Source: Macrostomum lignano (lineage: Eukaryota). Taken from it: DNA of 64,000 nucleotides. Each line of letters starts with the position of its first letter. The first letter of the stretch is position 1. The DNA is taken from positions 1 to 64,000 of the forward strand of contig NIVC01003265.1 in the NCBI GenBank assembly GCA_002269645.1, read 5' to 3'. Under the pieces are notes generated by a model, which worked only from the letters and a program-made list of their open reading frames with translations, did no database searches and was not told the DNA's origin. Positions 1 to 11,339 of this stretch are shown here, piece by piece. The position numbers and the translations under genes are program-made.

Positions 1-56
1 CAATCAATCAATCAATCAATCAATCATCAACCAACCAATCAATCAATCAACCAATC

Positions 57-88
<32 letters not shown>

Positions 89-342
89 CCACGCAACAAC
101 CAATCAATCAATCAATCAATCATCAATCAATCATCAATCAATCAATCATCACTCAATCAATCAATCAATCATCAATCAATCAACCAACCAACCAATCAAT
201 CAATCAATCAATCAACCAACCAACCAACCAACCAACAACCAATCAATCAATCAATCAATCAACACAAACCACAACCAACCAACCAACCAATAATCAATCA
301 ATCAATTAACCAATCAACCAACCACCAATCAATCAACCAACC

Positions 343-418
<76 letters not shown>

Positions 419-454
419 CAATCAATCATCAATCAATCAATCAACAAATCAACA

Positions 455-488
<34 letters not shown>

Positions 489-505
489 CAATCAATAAAT
501 AAATG
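1..505. repeat. (CAAT)n/(CAAC)n microsatellite, runs off the window start
   Basis: Direct reading: continuous caat/caac tetramers with frequent single-base losses. Confidence 0.97.
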
Positions 506-561
506 AACAAATAAATCAATTAGTTTTAATCAATTAATGCCTGTTATATAGTTAGGCTCAC

Positions 562-784
562 CGACACGAGAGCAGTCCTGTTCTTAGCGATCATGGAGAC
601 AGACCCACGAAGCTCGCGATCGCAGTGAAAACGTGAGTGAGCAAGTCGAATATTCTCTCGTTTGAGTTCTCTGTCTGGAACCGGATGTACGAGATGATGC
701 AGAAGGAAATTCCGGCTGAACAAAAATTAGTATGTTGGCCGTCATGAGAAAGATGGCCCAGCACTGCTTTGTGGCCCACCATTT
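562..784 (-). CDS. Tetraspanin-like exon (TM1-TM2) carrying two apparent 1-bp deletions; rest of the gene lies outside the window
   Basis: Acceptor ttttaacag ends at 785 and donor gtgagc starts at 561. Adding one base near 720 and one near 601 gives 75 codons: KWWATKQCWAIFLMTANILIFVSAGISFCIISYIRFQTENSNERIFDLLTHVFTAIASFVGLVSMIAKNRTALVS. This has two hydrophobic helices, an Asn in TM1 and a G-x4-K-N-R-x2-L loop like tetraspanin GAIKENKCLL, ending at a phase-0 donor. Confidence 0.4.
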
Positions 785-1313
785 CTGTTAAAACTATTTA
801 ATCGAATGATCTACGCAACAATATCTTCAAACTAAGCTTTTCGAGTCAGCCAGTCTTTTGTCTATCTGCGACTGCTTTCTTTTGAGAAAATTTAATGCCA
901 GTAGCTGCAGTTTCGGCCATAGACTATTCGGCAGCAATCGGTGGCGAAATTTTCTCGGTAAAATTTCAGTTTGTATGCAAAGCGAGCTACATAGACGCCT
1001 AAATGAGAGTAGCATGATCACATTTAACCAAAAAGTAGTGAGAATGGGTAGCTTTAACACCACCATAGTTTTGTGAGCTCACTGACCTCGAGAGATGAAA
1101 TAAGTGAGACGGTCAACACACTTTGGTGTACAGGGAGCGACATACTTAATGTCATTAGCATTACTTTAGTTCATTTATTCGGCTTCCACTGCGTCATAGG
1201 AGTGCACATAGATAGTAAGAGACCTGTTTACCAGCTCAGTGCCATACAAACGAAAAAGCAATTGCAATAAAATTTGACAGTTGTGATGGCATTTCCCATA
1301 TTGCGGTGAAGAG

Positions 1314-4300
1314 TTACAGGGCACCTTTGCTGGCTTTCTGAGCCATTTCATCGCACGACTTCACCAGCTTCACGAACACCTGGTCCAGCGACATCTGGTA
1401 GAAGGCCCAGTAGCTCACCCCCAGACGGCTCTGGTTGGCCGCCAGCCACCTCAGCGCGTCCGACAGGCTGCGCACTGCCGACTTCGGCACTGAGAACTGC
1501 ATGACCAGGCCCAGGCCGAGGTCCTCCTGCGTCTGCGCTCCTTTGAACTGCTCCAGCACCGCAGTCTTGATCGAATGTCTTCTCTGTTTTATCGCCGACT
1601 CGGTCACCGGCTCCAGCAGCAGGTCCAGCGTGTACGCGTCACCGTGGCTGCAGATGGGAGTAGAAAGTGTCAATGTGCAAAGGGGACAAAGTATTCTGCA
1701 TATTAACACATAAAATGGAATCTATAAAGCAGAGGAACTCTTTGTGTTCAACAGTTAGAAATGGCAACCATTCGGCACATTTGGAAATCAAAAGTCAGCT
1801 CACCGGCTCCTCAGCTGCTGCACGGTGCCCACCGAGATCATCCTGCCCTTGTTCATGATGCCGACCCGACTGCACAGAGCCTCGACCTCCTCCATGCTGT
1901 GAGTCGTGACCATGACAGACCTTTTCTTGTGCACCATGCGGCGGATGGCGCCCCAGATGAAGCGCTTGTTCTCGGGATCTACGCCGGTCGAGGCCTCGTC
2001 GATGACGATGAGCGCCGGGTCGCCCAGCAGAGCGATGGCGAGGCAGAGACGCCGCTTGCTGCCAGCCGACAGCTGGCCGGCCTCCGTGTTCCAGTGCTGT
2101 GCCAGGCCCAGACTCGTAATCAAACTGTTAGTCTGGCGCTCCGCCTCGATCGAGTTGAGACCGCGGATGTCCGCGTAGAAGCGGATGTGCTCGGCCACGG
2201 TGATGCTGTTGAACAGCGGGTTGTGCTGCGGGCAGTAGCCGATGGCGCCGATCTGAGCAGCCTCCCGGCTGAGCATCCACGTGTTCGAGTGCAGACGAAC
2301 CTTACAGACACCTTCAGTGGCGGCCTCCTCGCCGACAATCACCGACATGGAGGTGGACTTTCCGGCTCCGTTCGCGCCCAGCAGACCGAAGATCTCGTCA
2401 GTCATGGCTCCGTATGTGACTCCTCGAACTGCGTGAACTCCGTTTGCATAAGTCTTGCGCAAGTTCCGCACTTCCAGCACATTTCTCTTATTCAAAGGTG
2501 CTACAAGAACTCTTTCCGCTTCATTTCGAGCACCTTCGTCCATTTCGCTATTTGACTCGTACGTTGCATTGTCAAGAGCTCCGGAGCAGCAGACGCCAGT
2601 AAAAGTCACTCTGATTATGGAACTGTTCTCGGCAAGACAGATGATGCCGCTCAGGATCACAATGTGCACTGGCATGGCTAGCAGTGCGTAAAATATGGCC
2701 GGATTTTTGTTAATGCTTTCCATCAGACCGGGCAGTGCGGAGCCACTCGGAGAGTTATAGTATTCCCGTTTGTAAAACAAATAAGCGAGGCAGCTGTAGA
2801 TCAGCCCGAGCGGCGCTGCGGGAGGCACCAGCCAGACTAACAGCTGCAGAGCAATGGAGTTGCTGATATGTGTGATGGCAAGGGGCATAATCACCACGAA
2901 CATGTTGCAGAACACGGAGACGATGGTGCTCCTGGTCCGAGTGACGGCCGCTATGGCATAGATCGTCAGCAGGTTAGATACAATTCCAAAGATGTAAGCC
3001 GGAAGAAAAGCCATCAGGGTGAGATACGCCGATCTGTACGCCTCCGAAATCATTAAAAGAGCAACTGCAGACATGAAGCAGAGCGCATACTGAATCCAGT
3101 GCATGGCAAATGTGTTCATCCAATAGGCGAACAAGCCCATCCCGGTGGACATAAGATGGCTTCTCACTCTGCTGCTCATGTCTTCAATTGGATCGTTCAA
3201 ATAGGAGACGGGGAAAAGGCAGATGGCGTAGAAGAAGGCCTGCATGGAGATTCCAGTGCGTACAGACGCGCCCACGGGTCGAATAAAGGATAAGGCGGTC
3301 GTGTTCTCGACATCAGAAATTCCAAACACCCGAAATACTTTTGCCAGCGCCCTGCGGTATATATGAACAGCGGCACCCTGGGTGTCATCACTAATCAGTA
3401 CTCCAACAGTGACGGAGCGCTGTGTATCGGGTATGCTTTCCAACCATGACGAAGCATAATATAACACACAAGGCGGTAAGGAACCGTCTTTGTTTATCCA
3501 GCCATTGTACTTGAGATGGCGTAAAATTTCCTTCCTTGTAGTATCATTCGACAGAAACTCCTTCAGACTTTGGGCAGCGGGCTTGTAAACAATGATAGGA
3601 ATTTTGCCTTCCTCTGGATCGTGCAAAGCCAGAGATTCGCAAATTTTTATGTGCGACAGGCTGTCTGAGCTCCCATCAACTATGCAGGCGGTAGCCAGCG
3701 AGGCGTCGCCGAAGTCCGACTGCGAATCGCCGAGGCCGTGGTTAGCATGCCCATCTGGATTGTTTCCGCGTCATTCAGACTGCTTATCGATGTGTCCTTA
3801 AAAACAAGCGAGCCAGCGCATATGAGCGCCAACAGTGCCGTGGGCACCAGAAACCTGCTCATTAAACTGGACGTGACGCGTAGCTGCCGCTTGATGTTCA
3901 TGGAAAAAAGTACCAAAAACTGCTTCGTCACCGATGCGTAATGTAAATTTCGTTGGTGGAGCTTTGTGGGCTCTTTGTTTCCAGTGTCTTGAACTGACGC
4001 ACCCAAGTATTCTAAATGGTTCGGTGCCAAAAGAGTGCCCATCTTAAAGGCTTCGATAACTTCGTCGGATTCCATTCCACTAAGCCTCATAAAGATGTCG
4101 CCCAGAGATGCTTGCGACAGGCCAAAAGTCTCGACCTCGGTGCTGGTCTCCAGAACATGAACTGCTTCCGTTAAAATTGACGAATCCAAAGCTGGAACTT
4201 GCAGCCGAAGCTCGGTTTCTTCATGGCTTTTCACATGGACCTGCTTCAGCTTGGCCAGCAGCGACTCCGCGCCTGACTTGGACTTCAGCGACACATTCAG

Positions 4301-6544
4301 CGTGAAGCTGCAGCCGAACGCTCGCTTCAGAAACATCGAAGACCCAGCGCACACGATCTTGCCGCCGCACAGGAAGATCTTGCGGTCTGCCAGGATGTCC
4401 GCCTCGTCCATGAACTGCGTGCACAGGATGATGGAGCGGACGCTCTTCTCCTCCTGCAGCAGCTGCCACAGCTGCCGCCTCGACACCGGGTCCAGTCCGC
4501 TCGTTGGCTCGTCGAGGAACACAACGTCCGGGTCGCCCAGCAGAGCCAGGATCGTGCTCACCTTCCTCTTCTGACCGCCGCTCAGGTCGCAAGACAGCAC
4601 ATCCTCCTTGTCTCCCAGACCGAGTCTCTGCAGCATTCCGCGAGCTCTCTCCAGCTGGCTGGTGTCGCTGGCCGCCCTGCTGACCAGCGTGACTCGGATG
4701 CACTCCATCACGGTGAGCGAGTCGCAGAGGGCGTCAAACTGCGGACACTTGCTGATCCGACCTCTGAGCGACAGACGGAGCAGCGGGCTCGTCACCAGAC
4801 AGCCGCCGATGTGGGCCGTTCCCTCGTCTGGCAGCTCCTCGCCTGTAAGGACCTTGATGAGCGTCGACTTGCCAGCGCCGTTGTGTCCGATGAGAGCCGT
4901 GATCTGGCCTCGGTAAATGGTGCCTACAACACAATTTGGGAGGCATGTTTACAGGTACAGATATTTTCAACTCGTTAATACTGAGCGACCAGCTTTGCTA
5001 CTTACATGATAATTTGTTTAAAACAATCGGAGCTTCGGAGCAGCAAAGGCAGACGTTGCTGTAACTCTTGCTGAGCTCTTCAACAACAACAACAGGGTTG
5101 AGCCGCATCACAGGCTCGATGTGCGGTTCGCTTTCAGTAGCTTTCTTTGTTCCCACACTTTCATCTCGCAGGTTTCGAGGAAACCAGAACTCGGCCGTGA
5201 CTGGGTAGTAGGGCGCCAGGCAGAGTCCGTTGCCAGTCTTCAGAAGAAAGTCTAAGTACACCAGCAGCAGTATTTGAAGCAGAAGAGAAACCAAATTGGC
5301 TGCCAGAATGTTGGAGAAGCGCAAAGCGTCGTCTTCTCCGATGCTCATTTCAGTCCAAAGCTGCTCAACGGCAGAGTTCATTCGCCCAGCAACAAATTCC
5401 TTTGCGAACATTGGCGGGAAGAAATACAGCACGTAGGGCGCCTTTTTTGCCAAATAATCGCTGAATGAGAATGCCAAAACAAGGCCGACGTTAATTTTGA
5501 TCGCCACGATAGACACAAGCAGCATTGACGGCAGCAGCATCTCCAGAAGCAGCAATAGGGCCGACAGGTTAAGGCTGAAAAGAGTTACAAAAAAATACAT
5601 TTGAGCAATGGCTGCGGCTGAATAAAGCCCAGGACACTGCATAGCGTGGGACACCATGAATACTCCGGCGAACACGAGGCACTCGGTGAGCGTGAAGAGC
5701 CAGACAACAAGCCAGTAGGCAGACACGGACAGGCCGCATTGAAACTGCTGCTGCAGGAAGCCCTCAGATTTGAGAATGTGAACGCAGGAAACGGTGGAGA
5801 TGAGCAGGTAAAAAGTCACCCCAAAAGCTGCTAGTGAGACAGTAAAAGGTGTGCCATTTTCAGTGAGCCTGGACAGCTCGCCGCTATTGATCCAGTCGGC
5901 GCAAACCGAGTTCGGTAGGGATAAATTTTTTCTTCTCTCCGAATTCTCGGCTTGTTGAGGCTTCACCGACTGTCCAAAGTTGTGCACTTCAAACAGCTGC
6001 ACGTTTATCGCAGTTTCATTTCGCGGTCTCAAATGTGCTGACTGGACCATGGCCTGGTAGATAAAGGCGCACATGAGATGAGAATTCCCTTCGTTAAGAC
6101 AGTCCAGGACGTGTCGCGACTTCTCCGATTTGCTTGAGTACCGCAGATGCGCAACGACTGAGGCATCGGACTGATGAATGAGCCTCTCTCTGCAGTCGGT
6201 CTCCGCTCGGCAGTCCTCGATCCAGCTGCCGTCGCCGCTGGCCAGGATAAGGCTCGACGTCTTTTCCTCGTCCGAACGATCCAACAGGACTTTCACCTGC
6301 GCTGCCGCGAACTCTCGGGTGCCATAGAACACAATTTGGCGTCCATCTCCTGCGGTACGAGTTCGAGGTCGCATGCTCATTTGCCAGGGCAGCACGTACA
6401 GGTTGGAAATCAGCAGCAGGACCGGAACAACAATGAAGACATTCCGCCATGCCTTCAGCTTCAGTAGGAGCAGAAGCAGAAATCCAAACTGACGGATGCA
6501 GTTTGGAATGCTGGTCGATTGCTTGCACTCGACGCTCGGGTCAT
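1314..6544 (-). CDS. ABC transporter, subfamily A (full transporter, TMD-NBD-TMD-NBD, about 1,650-1,700 aa)
   Basis: Exons ~6544(start uncertain)-5006, 4923-1804 and 1647-1314; introns 5005-4924 (gtaagt..gtag) and 1803-1648 (gtgagc..gcag) are phase-consistent. NBD1: GHNGAGKST, LSGGQKRKV, VVFLDEPT. NBD2: GANGAGKST, LSAGSKRRL, IVIDEASTGVDP. C-terminus LRSRHGDAYTL...SLDQVF is typical of ABCA. One frameshift is needed at ~3766 and probably one at ~6503 if ATG 6544 is the start. Confidence 0.92.
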
Positions 6545-8095
6545 GGACGAGCTGTACTATGTGCTCTGGTGGTTCGCGTTCCAGCTTTGTTTCTCGGTCC
6601 AGGCAATATGTAGTAACACACTGCTACTAATTGTCAGCGAATTTGGTTTGCTTGCCTTTCCTATTTACCCCATCCAAGGACTACTGAACATAACAACTCA
6701 GGATGTTACACTCACGAATGGTGGAAATTCTAGAAAAGGCCGCTTGCTTCAGCTGTCTATGGCAATGAAGTCCCTTTTCAATAAAGCTGCGAACGCTTCA
6801 TATATCGCCACCTAATTACATCCGGCATAAAATTTTTGCCCTCGTGTTTTATAAATATATATTTGTCGCTACTCAGTATAAAACTACGAGTATAAAGCAA
6901 ACGTAGAAGGCTATAAAAAGTCGGAGCACACTCGTACGAGATATGCTGTTAAGTTTTTGTTCGAAAGAAACAGTTTTTTCGTTGAACCGCATTGAGAATC
7001 AAATACATTGATACTACTGACACTCGCAAAAATCTCAGTGACAGTCGCCAGGAACTTGAAATTTACTGTGTTCCTTCACATCCAGACAGGTTTCAGTTTG
7101 TGAAGCCTCGAAGTTTCGGAGTCTCTGCGCGTTTCCTTTAGCCAGCCTCCGAGACACTCGACACAGCTGATCAGGATGCAGCTAAACATCCGAAACATTC
7201 TCGAAGATGTTCTCAAACACAAGCGCGTAACTGTTAACACAGCGCTGCCCAGAGTCAAGAGGATGTGCACCAAGACTCAGTTGAAGACTCAGCTTCCCTC
7301 GAGACACTGGCATGGTGAACTCGCTACAAGCAGTCGAAGTATCCATACCAGGCAAGTTTGTTTCAATCGTTCGGTCGGCAGATTCTCTTTGTGACGCAAT
7401 GCAACCACAAATGTAGTAAAGAGAGGCTTTTTGCGCGATAGAAAGTCCAGCAACGGATGAAGGGTCGTTGGGTCGCGCATGGCTGCTGATTCGTTTTATC
7501 GGATGAGTCAGGAGGGAGCGAGGAGAGCCTGGAGAGATCAGGGCGAGTCAGGATTGAGCAGGGAGCAAGGGGAGTTAGGATGAATGAGTTAAGAGGGAGC
7601 AGTGTGAGAGTCAGAGGGAGCAAGGTAAATAATTTATAAACCTGTTAAGTGCTTTTAGCTCGTAGAACAGGGAAGATGAAGGCTGAAAGTATACTGCCTT
7701 CATTCTGTCACCATTGCGACTCCAGACCGCTACGGTGTCACAAGACAAGTCGTATTCCAAAAATTCATGTAATAGGCATGTAAGTAGTAACTTTAGTAAA
7801 AAATTGCTTGTATTTAGTTAGTTAGGGCTAGAGATTTACTTTGAGAATTCGTATGTGTATGTTAAGTATAAGATATAACCAACTCATCTTACTTTTCAGG
7901 TTTCAGGATCAAGTAAGCTAGTCTATAATAACTTGCTCAGCATGCATTCCAGATGCTATTTTTAGAAACCTACGCCATTACGCTATCGCACTTTACTCTA
8001 TGGTATAGTGTGTCTACTTCAGCAGTCTTGCAGCTTTCATTTGATATTGAATTATTTATTTCATTATCCGACGCTTGCCGTGTGAGTCCGACGGA

Positions 8096-8552
8096 ATGGT
8101 GCAACTGCAGCTTCTCCTGATGTTTCTCATTCTCTCAGACAGTTTTGGTGAGTCCTTGGTTTGATTGAATGATTTGCTAGCTTTTTTACGCTATTCCAAG
8201 AAATTGCCAGTCATTGATGATAGAAATTGCAAAACATGATTGATTAAATGAGGTATACAAGTTGTCACCAGATTCCAACGCGAGTTAAGAGTTTTGTTGC
8301 TGAAGAGGATCATGTGAACTTATGCTCATGCATCATGCTGCAATATGTCAAAAACTAAAGATTAAAGCCAGCTTGCACCTGTGCACCAACTACATTATAG
8401 TTTCGGAGGCCGCCGTCACGGACAAGACCATGTACTGCGCTCCGCTGGGCACTTCGTGCGACGACTTTTACGTTCGCTGCTGCGTGGGCCAGTGCAAATT
8501 CGCTTTTGTGTTTGACAATAAGCCAGTTTACATTTGCTCGAGACAAGACTAA
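8096..8552 (+). CDS. Secreted cystine-knot (ICK/knottin, conotoxin framework VI/VII-like) peptide precursor, 67 aa, 2 exons
   Basis: Exon 1 8096-8147 encodes signal-like MVQLQLLLMFLILSDSF+G, followed by donor gtgagt. Exon 2 8401-8552 follows acceptor cattatag; the phase-1 junction is in frame. Product: MVQLQLLLMFLILSDSFVSEAAVTDKTMYCAPLGTSCDDFYVRCCVGQCKFAFVFDNKPVYICSRQD*. Cys spacing is C-x6-C-x6-CC-x3-C-x13-C. Confidence 0.8.
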
Positions 8553-8576
8553 CCCTAACCCTAACCCTAATCCTAA
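8549..8576. repeat. Short interstitial telomere-like (CCCTAA)n tract
   Basis: ctaaccctaaccctaaccctaatcctaa; its first TAA is the stop codon of the knottin ORF. Confidence 0.75.
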
Positions 8577-8898
8577 TTAGTTTGTTAACCGAACAAAAGT
8601 TACACCATGAAATTATTATTCAATTATAGCATTGAAGTTTCAAGATCAGTGCAACAAGGCGTATCTTTTTGTTTATTTCACGAATCGTTCCAGGCATGTA
8701 GCAGACGGTAGGTAAGCAAAAAGCATGATGATATTTACATAAAAGAACAGCTGGAATCCAGCTGTTCTGTGGCCGACTTTAGCGCCAGAAATCAGTTGCG
8801 TTGGACGACTCGAGCGGAACTCGCAACTTGTACAAATTTAAAATGTCACAGCTGTAGTAGGAAAATGGTACAGTTTGGCGCACGTCGCTGCGAGGGAG

Positions 8899-8938
8899 AG
8901 CCAATCAGCAATGAGGAGGCCCGGAGGCGGGGCGGGGC
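8899..8938 (+). promoter_or_regulatory. CCAAT box plus GC box cluster (target gene unknown)
   Basis: AGCCAATCAG at 8899-8908 and GGGGCGGGGC at 8929-8938 match the NF-Y and Sp1 consensus; no linked start site identified. Confidence 0.25.
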
Positions 8939-9439
8939 AGGCCGGAGGAAGGGGTGGGGCAAGCCTAGAGTGGGGGTCGGGCAAGCCAGAGGTGGGTAGC
9001 AGGCCAGATGAGGGGTCGGGTAGCTGAGTGTCTGGCTGAGTGTCCAAGGGTGAGTATCGAGATGCGAGTGAGTGTCCATTGGTGAGTGTCCTCTACCGTG
9101 TGTGGTGACACGCAAGACAGAGTTTCAGTGTGATCGGTCAACGGGTAGAGGGTCCGATTGCTTGGAATTTCCGAGTAGAGTGGGGAAGAGATTCTATTGG
9201 TCGAGAAAGCATTTGAAGTGAAGTGATTGAAGTAAAGTAGCTCGTACTCATTTTTAGAATAGTGGGTTTGCCTTTTTGCCCAGCAAGCCGATGTCGACTT
9301 ACTTTGGGAATGCTGCACAGGAGCACTTGAAATTGGAATTCATTCATTTGGAATTCAGCAGTGCAGAGAGTGAGATGTTGGGAATATACAAAAACTAAAG
9401 GCCAATTGCATTTTGCATCGGCAGCGAGGTAAGTCTCAA

Positions 9440-10501
9440 CTACCCAGGCACTGTGCCTGCTTCACCGGAGCTCTCCGAAGCCGCAGTCGCCGCGGACCTG
9501 CCGTCTGCTGGCTCGTCGGCATCATAGCGCCGCCGCCTGCGCTGCTCCCTCCAGCCGGCGCAGGTGATGAACTCGCGAAACTTGGGCATGAAGATGAGGT
9601 AGAGCAGCGGATTGACGGCGCTGTTGAGGCTGAGCAGGAATGAGTCCACGCTGTCGAGGGCGCCTCGCCTCTCAATCGGCACTCCAACGGTGAAGAGCAG
9701 GAAGCTGATCGAGTCCGTGGCGAACAGGAGGACAAAGGCGCCGCTGGTGACGCAGGTCATGAGGGTCAGTCGTTTGGTTGGGCCGTCCATTCTGCTGCCG
9801 CGGCTGCACATCTCGGCCTGCGTCTTGCTGGAACGCAGGAACGTTCGCAGGATCACCAAGTACATGCTGATGGACAGGACTGTTGGCAAAATCCAAAACA
9901 GAATCACGTAGCTGATTCCAAAGGCGATCGCCATCTGCTGGTTTTCTCGGCTAAACTCGCAATGCTTCCACACGCCAGGTTCGGCGGTTGTATTCACTGA
10001 TGTGCTGTTGCTAAGCAACGGCGAATCGTCCGGTGTCTTCACCAGTATCATCGCCAGGAAGCAGAAGGGCACCTGCACAAAGAATGGGGCTGCCAGCACG
10101 GCCGCAATGAAGCAGCCCGCAAGCAGGCACTGGTGACTCTTGTACCAGCTGTGCGCGGAGAGACAGCAGCAGCGCTCAACGGCCAGGCATGCGAGGTTGT
10201 AGACACTCATGCACACCAGAGCCCAGTGGAAAATCTCGCTGTAGGCCAGCTTGCAGTAGGCCTCCCAAATCGAGTCGGGAAGAGACTGCGATGGCAGCGG
10301 GAAGAACTCAAAGTACTGAAGGTTAAGAAGATTGAGCAGCATCTGGAGCGAGTCGATGACCGCTTGACTGCGGAGCAGATGCGAGCAAAGCGGCTTGCCA
10401 ATCTTGTGCCGGACGCCGAACACCAGAAATGTGATGTTGAGCACCAGAGCCGGCACCAGCAGGACGCTGAGAACCACTCGGAGAACGGATGTGGCATCCA
10501 T
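9440..10501 (-). CDS. Intronless class A (rhodopsin-like) orphan GPCR, 353 aa from the first ATG
   Basis: Seven hydrophobic segments. TM3 ends LAVERC (DRY variant), TM5 FWILP...Y, TM7 NSAVNPLLY followed by helix 8 PKFREF. The track ORF starts at a TTG; the first ATG (MDATS) is at 10501. Confidence 0.9.
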   Translation of the reverse strand: MDATSVLRVVLSVLLVPALVLNITFLVFGVRHKIGKPLCSHLLRSQAVIDSLQMLLNLLNLQYFEFFPLPSQSLPDSIWEAYCKLAYSEIFHWALVCMSVYNLACLAVERCCCLSAHSWYKSHQCLLAGCFIAAVLAAPFFVQVPFCFLAMILVKTPDDSPLLSNSTSVNTTAEPGVWKHCEFSRENQQMAIAFGISYVILFWILPTVLSISMYLVILRTFLRSSKTQAEMCSRGSRMDGPTKRLTLMTCVTSGAFVLLFATDSISFLLFTVGVPIERRGALDSVDSFLLSLNSAVNPLLYLIFMPKFREFITCAGWREQRRRRRYDADEPADGRSAATAASESSGEAGTVPG

Positions 10502-11339
10502 CTTTAGAGCGCGCGTTCGTCTACTTAGAAAGCGTATAACGAGTGCCAAATATTGATGTTGCCAAATATTTACAGTATTGATGACTAATTCTTGTCGCCA
10601 TGAAGGTAGACAGTTTACCTACTAACTAATTTCAAGAGTGAGGATGCTGTCTTTCGAAAATTGTTTTTCTTAATACTCGATGCACGGTGGTATGTTTTAC
10701 TTTGAGTCCGTCTAGCAAGCAGAGACTAAATATATGCGGTGCAGAAGGGTTTCTAACCGTGCTCATCGCACAGAAGATGCTCAGTGCAGCCTTTCAAGAA
10801 CAATTTACTCAGCTCAAATAAATATTCGCTGCGTGCGTCTTGCCCCGTCCCGTTGAAACACAGAAGCGAAGTTTCTCTTGCCTCGCGTATACGTTGGAGC
10901 ATTGCGGTGCACAATGGCTACTATTGAGCTGGACGAGCTAGCTGGCAGAAGCTACATGCCTGACACTACTAGCAGTAGCATTATTTGTAGCAGACATCAA
11001 ATTTCCACACTACTGTGAGGACCACTAGAAGAAGTGGAACGGGACTTGTCGCTTCTTGGAATCCGTTAAAAGTTTCAAGTTTCCAAAGAAAAATGCAAAC
11101 TAAGAAGAGTTTATTTCTGCTTCAAAGGCTCGTTCTCATCGCCATAAAATTGGCCTTATTAGACGGCGATGTGAACGAGTAAAACTTTGCCTCCACTGAC
11201 AACCCGACAAAGAACACATAACAAGGGACAAGGATCAAGGATCTAGGGACAAGGCTCTAGTATCAAAAACAATAACATGAATCGTTTCTTTGTATTGTCT
11301 CTAATACTGTCACACAGAGATGAACTCTTGTTTATCTAA

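Noticed and set aside
1761-2555. 264-aa + strand ORF
   Set aside because: Antisense shadow of the GC-rich ABCA NBD2 coding sequence.
3760-3775. Programmed ribosomal frameshift in ABCA
   Set aside because: No slippery heptamer or evident pseudoknot; several other 1-bp losses nearby point to sequencing error or decay.
7176-7394. 72-aa ORF between ABCA and the knottin
   Set aside because: No recognisable motif, signal peptide or convincing splice partners.
8549-8576. True telomere or chromosome fusion scar
   Set aside because: Only about 4 units, one orientation, no subtelomeric context.
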